A program made the translations under genes and the position numbers. Shown here in pieces: positions 38,075-50,412 of a stretch of DNA of 64,000 bases; within the stretch, counting starts at the first letter, position 1; each line of letters begins with the position of its first letter. The DNA is from Epiperipatus broadwayi (lineage: Eukaryota > Animalia > Onychophora): positions 11,594,001 to 11,658,000 of the forward strand of contig JAQFVV010000005.1 of NCBI GenBank assembly GCA_028023455.1. Reading direction: 5' to 3'. The notes under the pieces are model-generated. The model ran no database searches and had not been told where the DNA came from. It saw nothing but the letters and a program-made list of their open reading frames with translations.

Positions 38075-40439
38075 CTAACCATTAGTCCATAAGAAAATAC
38101 TTGATGACAATATATTTTTTAAGAAAATAAAATCCAAAAGGTATTAGAATCATTGTAGATATCATAAGTAGCACACATAGGTGAAAATCACATTTAGATC
38201 AAAACATGTATGAAGTTGCTGATGAGGACAAATTCATAAATTAAAAAAAAAAAACTATGAAAATTTGTACATATTGTTAGTTTTTTCTGACTTTCGAATA
38301 TGTGGATTTTTTTCAAAACTCTTAACATTTCTTATATTAAAAACTGTTTGCATGCATATTATTTTTCTGTTCATCAGAATGTATTCTCTTCCATATAGGA
38401 TATTGACACAGTTCACAATAATTTAAGTTTGATTGAAGTGTTTAAAAGAAACATTGCTTTAAAAATCATTATTCTTTAACATTTTCAATTTTTTAGCAAT
38501 GCTTATATGCTTTTCTTTTATTTTATTTAGGTTGGAAATAATTCACTCTTGATCACTGGTGACTATTTTTTTAAAGAAAGTGAAGCTCATGCTGTATTAT
38601 AATGCCCTAATTAAATCGCTAATTGTGATTGTTATAAATAAAGTCATTCACAAATTGTCAACTAAAGATATTAACCATATTTAGATCATACTTTACAAAA
38701 TAAAACTGACAAAAACATGAATATACTATTGACTTGGTAATCCTTATGGATTACATAATCACCATTATATGGAGAAAGTGTATTTTTTTAATGTTAATTA
38801 ATTGAAATGATTAGCAAAAGTATTACATCTAAATTAATAAAGTTAGTTGTAATTCAGAGATAATTTTGATTTTTTTGAAAAAAAACAACAACAAAATCAT
38901 AAACTTCTCTGAGATATTATTTTTCAATATAATAACAATTACTCTCAAAATCAATATAAAGTGCTACCACACAGAAATTGGCAATATAAAGTTTCTCCTC
39001 GGAACTGATAATATAATAATCACAGTGTTAATATAATGTTCTATCACAAAGAAGTGTTATATTTTATTTCTACAAAAAATTAACATTGAAAATAATAAAT
39101 ATAATTTGAATGTAAATTCTTAAATGGTATACAACTTTAATGAATGAGATATAGTTGTTGGGAGAAATGGTTGATGATTCATTATGTGACTGTCAATTGT
39201 TATAAATTACATATGTACAATAAGGAGAGTTAACTGGAAGTTAAGTATTTTTTGTTCAGTAATAAGTGATATAGTAAAGGAAGTAAACAAATAAGCTCTA
39301 TTATATGTACATAATAAGGATTTTTGAAGTTTTAATCCATCCATGTAAATGACAAGATTAAAAGGTATCATTGGAGAAATGGAATAAAAAGCAACAATTC
39401 CTACAAGAAGACAATGAATAAGCTTATAACAATCATGGAAGTCTGGATTAGCTATTATTGTAATTTTATTGAAGTCTTACTGCCACTTGTCACTATTATC
39501 TATTGACTGAAAATTTAGAATATTGATCTTATGTCTTACATGGTTTGCACTTTCTGTAAATAATAGGATTATTTTTCTTTTTGCATTGAATGGTTTAATT
39601 TCTGAGAATCCATCCAATGCAAAAGTATTACATAAAAACACTTAATAATTACTAGATAATATTTACTTCCGATTGTTTTATTTTTTGTAACCTAAAAAGA
39701 AATGATTTTTTAAAGTTATTACTTTAATTTATTTGATAAATGTAAATTTAATATTTCTAGATCCTTCTTCATTGTAAATGGCAGTAAACTTTAAATAATC
39801 AACATTCAATGACAAAGAGTCAATTATAAATTAAAAATACTTTTAGTTAACATGATAGTGAATTTTTTATTGAAGGTAAATATTACTTAAAAAGTCATTT
39901 GGTTTGTCTTTAGACAAATCGTAGGTTTAAAGAAATACATAAATTTATTTAAAAAATTTGCATGGAAACAGTGTCTCTATTAAATTATTTAAAAATTATT
40001 AGTTAGGACGAGGACATAATATAGTTTTAAAAAATGTACAAATATCAAGTCAAAATATTGTATGAAAAAGAGAAAATGCTGGTAATGCTTGAAGAATTAA
40101 TTGCCTCTCTGAAGATGATCATGCTAGGCTGAGAATAAAAACCGTCATACAATTAAAAGTTAAAGGCAGGTTTAATCATGATTATGAATCTCATTAAATC
40201 ATAAATATACACATTTTCATCATTTACTAATTATTTTTTTAATTATACACAAGGAAAAAATCCAATAGATCTTTATAAGGAGAAGAAGGTTGCCTTAAAA
40301 TATTTCATCAATTAATAAATTTGTCAATTAAAAGTAGGGATTATTTACTTTTTAATGTTTCTTTAAATGAATAAAATATTTATCCAAATCAAAAAATATA
40401 TGAATTTAAAGCTGTGGAAACAAATTAAAATTTCATAAA

Positions 40440-42359
40440 ATGATTTTCTCTGAAGAAAACAGTTTCAAATGTAGATTATGTAATTACAAAACAGAAATAA
40501 AATCTCAATTAAAGTTTCATGGAAGAGTACATAAAGATGATAAACCATTTCAGTGTTCCTTATGTGATTACAAGACTGCTGTGAAACATCAGTTAAATGA
40601 TCATGAAAAAATCCACACAGGAGAAAAACCTTTCCAGTGTACTTTATGTGATTACAAGACTGCCACAAAAAGTAACCTAAATATGCATTTAAAAGCACAT
40701 ACTGAAGAAAAACCATTTCATTGTAAGTTATGTGATTACAAAACTGTTCACAAATTTAGTTTAAAAGTACATGAAACCCTTCATACAGGTGACAAACCTT
40801 TCTATTGTCGTATATGTGATTATAAGAGTGCCACAAAAACTTATTTAAAAATACACGAAAAAACACATAGACAAGAAAATTTTTTTAATTGTACTTCATG
40901 TAATTACAAGACTACTATAAAAAGTAGTATACTCAGACATGAAAAAATACACACTGGAGAAAAACCATTCCATTGCAGCTTTTGCAATTATAAAAGTGCT
41001 GAGAAAGGTACATTAAAAGTACATCAAAGATTACATACAGGAGAGAAACCTTTCCAGTGTTCCATATGTGATTATAAGACTGCTACAAAAAGTTGTATTA
41101 ATAGACATGAAATAGCACATACTGGAGAAAAGCCTTTCCTCTGTAATTTATGTAATTTTCAAACTGCTGAGAAAAGTAGACTAAAAGTACATCTATCTAA
41201 ACATACAGGAGAAAAACCTTTTCATTGTAAATTATGTGATTACAAGACTGCAATGAAAAGTACTTTAAAAAGACATGAAAAAACTCACATTGGAGTAAAA
41301 CCTTTCCACTGCAGCCTCTGCAGTTTTAAAACTGCTGAGAAAAGTAGATTAATTATTCATCAAACAAGGCATACAGGAGAAAAATGTTTTCAATGTATCT
41401 TATGCAATTATAAGACTGCTCTTAAAAGTAGATTAAATTTTCATGTAAAAACACATACTGGTGAAAATTTTTTAAAATGTAGTTTATGTGATTATAAAAC
41501 TGCCCAAAAATCTAATTTAAAAGTGCATGAATCAATGCATACAGAAGAAGAACCATTTCATTGCAACATATGTGATTACAAAAGCGCCTCAAAGTATTAT
41601 CTAAAAAGGCATGAAGCAATACATAAAGAAAAGTATTTGCAATGTATCTTATGTAATTATAAAACTGCAGTTAAAAGTAGATTACATAGTCATGAAAAAA
41701 TACATAGTGGAGAAAAACCTTTCCATTGCAATCTCTGCAGTTTTAAAACTGCTGAGGAAAGGAGATTAAAAATTCATCAAACAATACATACAGGAGAAAA
41801 ACCTTTTCAGTGCTCTTTATGTGATTACAAGACTGCTGTTAAGAGCAGGTTAAATTTTCATGAAAAAACACATACTACAAAAAAATATTTTCAATACAGA
41901 GTAACTGCTCGAGATTGTTATAAAGATAAACTTTTTTCTTGCAGCTTATGTGATTACAAGAATGCAACAAAAAAGTATTTAAAAGTTCATGAAAAAATGC
42001 ATTCACGGGAAAATTTTTTTCATTGTAATTTATGTAACTACAAAACTGTTATCAGAAGTAATTTTAAGAGGCATGAAGGAACACATATTGGCAAGAAAGC
42101 TTTCCAGTGCAGTATGTGTGATTATAAATCAGCTTCTCGAAGTAATTTAGTAAATCACCAAAAATATTCACATTTGAAAAATTCTCTGATATTTTATCAA
42201 AATAAGGAAAAAAACTATATTCTGAACCTGCCTTATAATATTGAAATTTTTAAATGTCATTTGTGTGATTACAAAAGCTCAGATAAAACTTTTTGGGAAA
42301 GTCATGAAGCAAGTCATTTTATAGATCTTGTTACAATTGAGATTCTTGTTCAATTATAA
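40440..42359 (+). CDS. Poly-C2H2 zinc-finger protein, 639 aa, 21 fingers
   Basis: 17 tandem fingers, a spacer, 3 fingers and one C-terminal finger; all Cys/His ligands intact; TGEKPF linkers. Confidence 0.95.
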   Translation: MIFSEENSFKCRLCNYKTEIKSQLKFHGRVHKDDKPFQCSLCDYKTAVKHQLNDHEKIHTGEKPFQCTLCDYKTATKSNLNMHLKAHTEEKPFHCKLCDYKTVHKFSLKVHETLHTGDKPFYCRICDYKSATKTYLKIHEKTHRQENFFNCTSCNYKTTIKSSILRHEKIHTGEKPFHCSFCNYKSAEKGTLKVHQRLHTGEKPFQCSICDYKTATKSCINRHEIAHTGEKPFLCNLCNFQTAEKSRLKVHLSKHTGEKPFHCKLCDYKTAMKSTLKRHEKTHIGVKPFHCSLCSFKTAEKSRLIIHQTRHTGEKCFQCILCNYKTALKSRLNFHVKTHTGENFLKCSLCDYKTAQKSNLKVHESMHTEEEPFHCNICDYKSASKYYLKRHEAIHKEKYLQCILCNYKTAVKSRLHSHEKIHSGEKPFHCNLCSFKTAEERRLKIHQTIHTGEKPFQCSLCDYKTAVKSRLNFHEKTHTTKKYFQYRVTARDCYKDKLFSCSLCDYKNATKKYLKVHEKMHSRENFFHCNLCNYKTVIRSNFKRHEGTHIGKKAFQCSMCDYKSASRSNLVNHQKYSHLKNSLIFYQNKEKNYILNLPYNIEIFKCHLCDYKSSDKTFWESHEASHFIDLVTIEILVQL

Positions 42360-42971
42360 TTTGTTTTATTTTTATGCAAAATTCTTCAGTTTTATAGAAT
42401 TTTGCATCACTTGAGATTTAATATGTAAGTGTATCTACTGATTGATTGAAAAGCAATTTTGATGGATGGTTTTAATTTTTATGATGGAATACAATTGTTA
42501 AGATACATATGTGAGAAATAAATGATACTTTTTATATGGAAATTATTGGTGTTACTCAAATTTATTAAATTTGGATTTATAAAAAAGGCACTTGTTTTTT
42601 TACAGAATGTTGTTTGTAAGGTGAGAAAATTTGCGTACTTTTAATGAAAATTATACAGTTGTTGCAAATTACAATTCATTTCTTAAAGATATGGCAGCAA
42701 AGTAGTAACATGAAATCACTTTAAAATAAAAGGCACATTCATATTTGACATAATAGAAAAGAAAATATGTCTAAAGGGAGATTTTTAATAGTTTCTGAAA
42801 TTTTTTTTAATGTCTTAATGAAATGATAATTCAAACTAAGTCCTTCTTACATTTATTAAGATTAAACAATTACTAAAAAAATATTAACTTTTATATACTG
42901 CATAAAGTATGGAATTTGAATCTTTATTCTTGTTATTCTGTATAATGAAAATGCTTTATATAATTATAAAT

Positions 42972-43657
42972 ATGCGACTTTTTTTGTTTGCATTAAATAG
43001 TGAAGTTAGAATTTTACACTATTTTATAATAGGTTTGCTTAGCGCTTTCGAGATTTCATGTTCGAATCTCATACTCATAGCTTTGTAAATAAAGATTGTT
43101 ATGATTTATGCAAATGCGTTTGAATTTTTAATTAATCCATTGTTTAGAGAGAGCAAAACATGTCTCTCTTCTATTAATGACATTGATGTCATTTGCTATA
43201 TATAAAGCTTCCTTAACTTTTCTTTTGGCATCATTTTTTTCTGTACAAATTATTTGGGCAGAACTAGATTCAAATACATGGCCCGTAGCTGCTTGGTGGT
43301 CCCAGAATACTGAAGACCCTTCATTTTTATTTTTAACCCTATTGTAGATGTACCTATGTTGGTAAATTCTTGTGTTCAGGTTAGCTTGAGTCTCACATAG
43401 TATGATGCATGGCAGCCTAATTGAGGGCATGCCATTTTATAGACCACATGAGGGGCTTGATCTTTTTCTGTTTTATCTTTTAAATTATTTATCAGTCGGT
43501 TAGTATTGGGAGGTGTTCTGAAGCTAAATTTAAAATTGTTAGACAATGTTTTTGCAATATTTGGTGTTACATTAGACATAAAAGGAATTGTTAGGTATTT
43601 CATATTGTCTTTAAGCAATATTTATAATTACAATTTTATTAGTGAAGAGAAAAATAA
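42972..43657 (-). mobile_element. 5'-truncated Penelope-like element (second family), frameshifted GIY-YIG, 17-bp TSD
   Basis: VVYKMACPQLGCHASYY / ETQANLNTRIYQH split by a 1-nt deletion near 43397. TTTATATAATT(A/G)TAAAT at 42955-42971 and 43658-43674; empty site at 2751-2767. Confidence 0.9.
43037..43081 (-). ncRNA. Variant minimal type I hammerhead (A3-U8 core) in Penelope 3' UTR
   Basis: GCU-AUGAGUAU-GAGAUU-CGAACAUGA-AAUCUC-GAAA-GCGC-UA-AGC. Confidence 0.8.
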
Positions 43658-46569
43658 TTTATATAATTGTAAATTATACGTTTTTATGTATGGATAAATA
43701 TTAGGAAAAAAATAAAACTGTTTCAGTTATGTTTGATAACTATTATGTTTGAATTATTTAATAATAAAGTTTATATATTGATTTTGATTGATTGAAAAGC
43801 AATTTTGATGAATGATTTTAATGATTCAATATAATTGTTAAGATACATATGTGGGAAATAAATGATATTTTTTATAATGAAGATTATTATGATTCTCAAA
43901 CTTATTAAATTTGGATTTATAAAAAAACACTTCTTGTAAGATTTTCATACTTTTATTGAAAATTATACAGATGTTGCAAATTGCAATTTATTACTTAAGA
44001 ACATGGCTGCAAAAATAGCAATTTGAAATGTAATCCTAATAAGAACTATTACATCTGAATTATTTTCATATTCTGCTGGATCTTTTTTTTATTTTCTTTT
44101 TACATAGAGGCAGGTATGCACAAAAGTAAATAGAACTTTGATTGTTCAAGTATTGTTAGTGCATAGCAATATTAGAACAATCTATGTTCTACTTATATGT
44201 GTGCATACATATATGTACACATATACATGTATATTTTATCTTAATGAATACCATATCATTATTTACAACCTATTTATAGTTGTCTTTCATTCTCTTTTAG
44301 ATATTTTAATTTTGTTTAATATTTCTATTGAAATGAAACAACAAAATTAAATGACTTCTTTAAAAAAATAAATCGATTTGATTTTATAAAAATCTAATGA
44401 TCTTATGACATTCCAAGGTCATGATACATAAAAATATCACAAATAAGTTTTTACATCTGTACTATGATATTTTGATGATTTAGTAAAAAATAAATAAGAA
44501 TTGCATTAGGTTATATAAAAAATAAGTTAGTTGATCTGGTCTACTGTTAGCATAATATTTTTAAAAAAAATATATTTTATTAGTATTTTTTTTTTTTGGT
44601 TATTAATTATAATTCCAGTCTCACATCCTTGCAGATCTATTGTGTGTATGTTTGCGTATAAAATGCACACTTTTTTTTATTTTTCATAAATAGTCCACTA
44701 TAGGACAAAAATGAAAATATTTTGGAGGAACTAAAAGGTTTGCCAGGTTATAATAATTATCTTCTGTTTTTAAATTACTAGATATCTTTTATTGATCACT
44801 GTTGGATGACAATATGGCATGATCATAATCATCTACTTAAAAAAAGACTGATAAGATTCATGAAAAATTTCTAGCCCACATTTAAATCCTATGACAGATA
44901 TAGCAGACAGGGTCATTTCATCTGCACTTAATGTGCATCAAAGTATTAACTTATTTTAAAGTAATTAATAAGTATGATTTTAATTCTACTGAAATTTTTT
45001 TTTATCAGTCGCATCCCATCTGGAAATTACATTTTCTTACCCACACACACATTGGAAATAAAGATTTTACTGATGCCAACACCCTGGGGTTTTTGTTCTG
45101 TAAGACCTTTTTTATTTATATTGTATCAATTTTATTTTAAAAAAATAAATATAATAATTTAATAATGAAATATATGAAATTATTAGAGATTCAAGGCACA
45201 AAAATGATGTATTTGTCTGCCATACCTATGACCTGAGTTCAAGTTTAGTTAGGATTGAACACAATATTTTTTTCACTTGTAATCACACAATTTGCTTTCA
45301 GTTAGCTGGATCAAAATTATTGCAGCTATCCATCCAATATTGGTCCCTAATTGAAAAACTGTTCTTTTTTATGAAAAATAAGACAAGTTAATATTATTTT
45401 AGAAATAGTTTGAGGACATTTTTGTTTTCAATGATTTTTTTTTATTAAAATATTGTTGAAATAATGTCATCTTTCTATCAATAATTTTTATTAAAAATAT
45501 AAAAATATTATTCTATAATTTCTTTGCCAGTAAAGAGATCTCACCAAGTTATGTGATCCTAATGATTATACTTATGTGTAAATTATTTTTGATAAAAATA
45601 ATTTTCAAATGTTATTTTTTACCCAAAGATTTCTTTTGTATCTGATATTCTTCTTGAAAAGTAAATTATGTATTTAATAATATATTAAAAATGTAGAACA
45701 TAGTAAATTTAATTTTTTTGCATTTCCAGTTTATTTGTAAACTATGGCAAAGTTTATCAACAATTGATGTTAATATAAGTAGTGAAAAGTCAATAACTAT
45801 ATAGTTCAGTTGAAGATTAGAATATTAATCATACATTCTTTTTAATGGTATAAATTATATATTTCTTCCTATGTATTATAAAATAATTCAAACTTTGTGT
45901 ATTTTTTTTTTGTAATAAGTTATTTTAAAATTTGTATATTTTCATTGTGCTCATATATATTGTAAAATTTTGGTTTTGCCAGTGATGCTAGACTCAGCTA
46001 TTTAATCTGTTTAAGTAACCAAAAATAAAATAAAGGAAAAAAAAATCATTAACTTAATTTTATTGCCAGTTAACTTTATTAAAGCTTTATAATTAGATGA
46101 TAATTCTTATAAATTATTTCAAGTACTTTTATAAGTCCTGAACCATATTAAAATTTATTTAATATTTTATTGTACAAATTTAAACTTGTTTGTGGTTGAA
46201 GTAGTTTTCAAGTGTGATTTGTCTATTTAATAAATAAATGTTTATTCTTTTTCAATTTGATATATTTAAATATATGATAAAGGGGGAAAAGTCAGGAAAT
46301 GAATTAATTATTATTGATATTTTTAAATGCCAGTGAAGAAATAAAACAATAATTGTCAAAATTATATAACAAATATTTAAATAATAAATATGTACTAAAT
46401 GATTGGAAGAAAGCAATAGCAATATATATATTAAGAAAGACAATAAAGAAAATATTACACATGTACCAGTGCTATACAAAACTTCACTAATATACTTACA
46501 ATTCATCTATTGCAAACATTGGATTTTAACCAACCAAAATAATAAACAGATTTAAAAGTGGTTTTAGTA

Positions 46570-47470
46570 GAATGGATCACATCCAGATATCAAGAGAAGT
46601 TGTAGAAAGAATCAATGAATATGAGTTGCCATTATGCTATGGCTTTATGGATTACAAAAAGGAATTTGGTTCTATATTCATTTTTTCAGTGGTTAAAGCT
46701 TTTAGATGATAAAGGTATAGACTCAGAATATTTAACAAAATGCAATAGAAGTAATTATACTACATAATGGAACTAGAAAAATTAATAATGGAGGTGATTC
46801 CTTATCTCTAAATCTTTCTACAACAGTTTCACTAGAAAATATTTTATAGATTATTTAAGTCATGTAGATTTTATTGATGATTTGCAAATAATGTTTTAGA
46901 GCTTCAGAAAATGTCACAAGAAATAGCAGATGAAAGAAAAAAAGGCTAAAGATAAATATCAAAATGACTAAAATAATACTCAATGGATTTTCTTAGAAGA
47001 TAAAATGAAGATTGATAATCATGAATTAGATGAGATTAACACTTACAAATAATGTGGTTAGGTTATTAAAACATGTAGAAACAAAATGAATTATATAAAT
47101 CACAAAATTAAACATAACTGAAGGTTTTTAATATATGTGTTTTATCAGCTTTTACTTTGGATCAAATATTTGGATACATTATAAAAGAGCAATATAGAGA
47201 TGGAGAAATATATACTGAGTGTAACAAAATAATTATGACTGACATCATTGAAAAAAATTAAGAGGCTGAAATAGAGTTCAGCTGAATATATTGTTAGAAG
47301 AGATGATAATAGTTGGATATATAAAGTTTTAAATTGGATCACAAGGCACTGTAAGAGATCTAGAAAGAGATGATGTGAGATAAATGGATGATATAAAGAA
47401 GTTTTCTGGCATAAAGTGGAGAAGAGAGGGCATGCAGTGGAGAAACTGGATTAAACTTGAAGATGTCTAG
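46570..47470 (+). mobile_element. Decayed RTE-clade LINE 3' fragment, same family as 50413-53300
   Basis: Shares AATATGAGTTGCCATTATGCT with ~52264 and stays colinear through the RT and 3' region. Confidence 0.75.
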
Positions 47471-48900
47471 TTTGACTACAGCTATTTAGTTTTCAAATCT
47501 ATATAACAAAGAACAAAAACAATTGTATTGAGTTAAAGATTGATCAGTTTTAGACATTGAATACCATTTAACAATGTTAATTTATGCTACCAAAACAATA
47601 ATATTTTCTCACAACTGATATATATTCTAGAGTATATTTTGTAGATATTTTCCTTGACTTCAAGATCATTTGCATACTATATTAATAATATCAATTAAGG
47701 ATAATTTAATCATTGACTAATATCTCAAATCCATAATATAATCTATTTTGGTGTGTGTATACATGGGATAGATAAGCAATATTCATAAGTATATTCAACT
47801 AAATATTGTAGCACATGTCCTCCAATATTCTCAGAAATATATAAACTGTTCAAACTATTATCATAGACAAATTTATTATTGTGGTATAAATTATTCTAAA
47901 TAGGATCCAAAATATGTTTTTCTTTTACTCATTCTGTTCATTTTACTCCAATGCTGCCATTTATTGCAAATTTGAATAATTAAAAGATAAATCTACAGTG
48001 AGTGCTATCCTATTCACATTGGCAGACTAACTACTGACTTACTGTATTAATTAATGAGAAGTTTAAATATGGATCTAGTGCACCTAGATCTTTTATACAA
48101 AACATCTTTTTCATAGCAAGAATTTGTTACTATTTTTAATTATTAAATTACCAGCCTAAAATTTGAAAACCATATTAAATCCAAACATATTTGGATAATC
48201 ATACAACTATATGATTAGTTAGATAGCATTTGGATTCCTCAATTTTATAATACCTAAAGATACCATTATCTTTTGACTAGGGTAAACATAAAACCAAAAC
48301 ATCACATAACACAATGTACACATGCCTTTGAAAAGCAATTATGCTAATTCATTCTACTTCAATACCTGATTTATTGTAAGCTTGAGAAATCAATAAATAC
48401 TAGATATTAGATCTGTTTATTTATGCAAGAAATTTGCTTGAAATTCAAAAGAATAAAAGGTTTTGAATTGGAGAGTGCTAGCTTGAAAATAAAATCTAGA
48501 TTGAAGATAAAAAGTATATTAGGCCTAAAAGGTTCAGTGTAGTTGATCAAAATCTTAGTCTGAGAATATGGATAATATAACACATTATCTTATAAGTGCC
48601 AGTATTTATTGATTACGTAAACTTATAATACACTATAATAATGGGGTTGAAGGAATCACTATTTTCTTAAAAAGTATACGAATGTGGTAATCATGATTTT
48701 TAGTTTTTAATTCACTTCTTTTAATAATCTAACTTAATAATTTATTTTATTTACTAATACATTTCATCTGTAAATTTTTAATCAGCATCATTACTAAAAA
48801 TAAATAAACACTGGGTATACAATATTTCTCCCATATTTGTAAGCTATTTAAATTTCAGTTTCAATCATTTGCAATTCAAAAAAATTGAAATTAATAAAAC

Positions 48901-49043
48901 AAAGACAAAACTCTTCATACAGTAGTGCCACGCAGTCCAAGCCAGAATAATCAATGGATGACACTAACCTGTGGAGAATTTTGCTCTGTTTTAACAGCTT
49001 GTGTAAGCATAGAGAATGGTGATCATGTGATGTTTAATAGTTC
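48901..49043. mobile_element. Short retrozyme-like family 1 insertion (two head-to-head fragments, no hammerhead), 12-bp TSD
   Basis: AATTAATAAAAC at 48889-48900 and 49044-49055. Confidence 0.75.
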
Positions 49044-50412
49044 AATTAATAAAACGTTTTAATTTTGTATACACTATATATATTTATACAGGTTGTGCGC
49101 ACATCTATATATGTGTTTGTTTTTCAGATTTCAACATGTATATATTGTAACTGTACAAAATGTACAGCTGACTCGCAAATCACCCAAGGGCAATTTACAT
49201 GGATCTCCACATTTTTGCTAAGATCAGGATACATGAGATTCTCTATCATTAATTGCAAAATGACAAATGCTAAAAATAAAGAGACACCACAATTTATTCA
49301 CGTATATACAATTTTACAATACATACATGATAGCATAAATTCACTGCCCTATCAATTTTTAAAACAATTTGATATGATTAAGGACTGATTAACTTTATGC
49401 ACAGATAATATAGTATAATACATTCTTAATTGTTACTGAACAGAGATGAACTTGCTGCATGGACAAATGATTACAACTAATTATTTAAGATTTAATAAAT
49501 GTACAGTTTGAAAATACATTGAATTTATTAGCTATTTAAAGAATCAGACTACTATGAATACTTTCAGGCTATAAACAACACTATATGTGCAAATATAAAA
49601 TGCAAGAAAACAACATCTGCGTTACATTAGCTAGGAATACGCTATAAGATAGCAATTGACCAGGAGTCTTAAATGCTATCCGAGACCAGTACAAAAAAAA
49701 CAAAGCAGATAGCATATGGTAGGAATGTTCATCTATGGAACACCACTGCTCTAAGTAAGATAATGACTACAAATGAACAGCAACGATTTATGAATAATTG
49801 TAACATATACAAACGAATCTTATATATAAATAAGCCAGTCCAAAATAAAGTTACAGCAGTTCATTTACATCAATACGCCTTCAGATTATCCTTTCTCAAA
49901 CCTGGAGGATATTTTGCTTAAAACTGTAAACCATTAAAAGATAATAAAAAAAACCAATTTTAATTTATTCTATCTACACAGCCTCTTTAATTTTTGGAAG
50001 GTTGGAATTACTGGTTTTAAAATATGAGTATGGCCGGAGATTGCGATAATAAACTAATTACTCTATCAAAATTTACTCTTATGTTATACACTGATTGAAT
50101 TGTGATATTATTAAATAAGATAACAGGACAATTTATTGTCATACTAGTTGATAAGCAGATTTATAAAATCCATAATATGGTAAGGAACTTGCTGTTAACT
50201 GAAAAGAGAGCCTTTGATTTTTCTTGGAGGCCTTAAAGAAACCAAGCAGGGCAAACTAAAGTCCACTCCTTAGGTTATTGTCATTGCAGCTGTTATTACT
50301 ATGTGATTATTCATATAGTATACAAAGATAGAGGCTGCTTTCCAACATGCATTAACCAGTGTGGTGAGTTTATTGACAGAATAAATGTATTTTGAATAAA
50401 AAATTTCTAATA

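Larger units (their letters stand above)
34500..45517 (+). repeat. Segmental duplication block, copy 3
   Basis: See copies 1 and 2. Carries its own inserts (~34860-37385, 37722-38074, 42972-43657). Confidence 0.85.
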
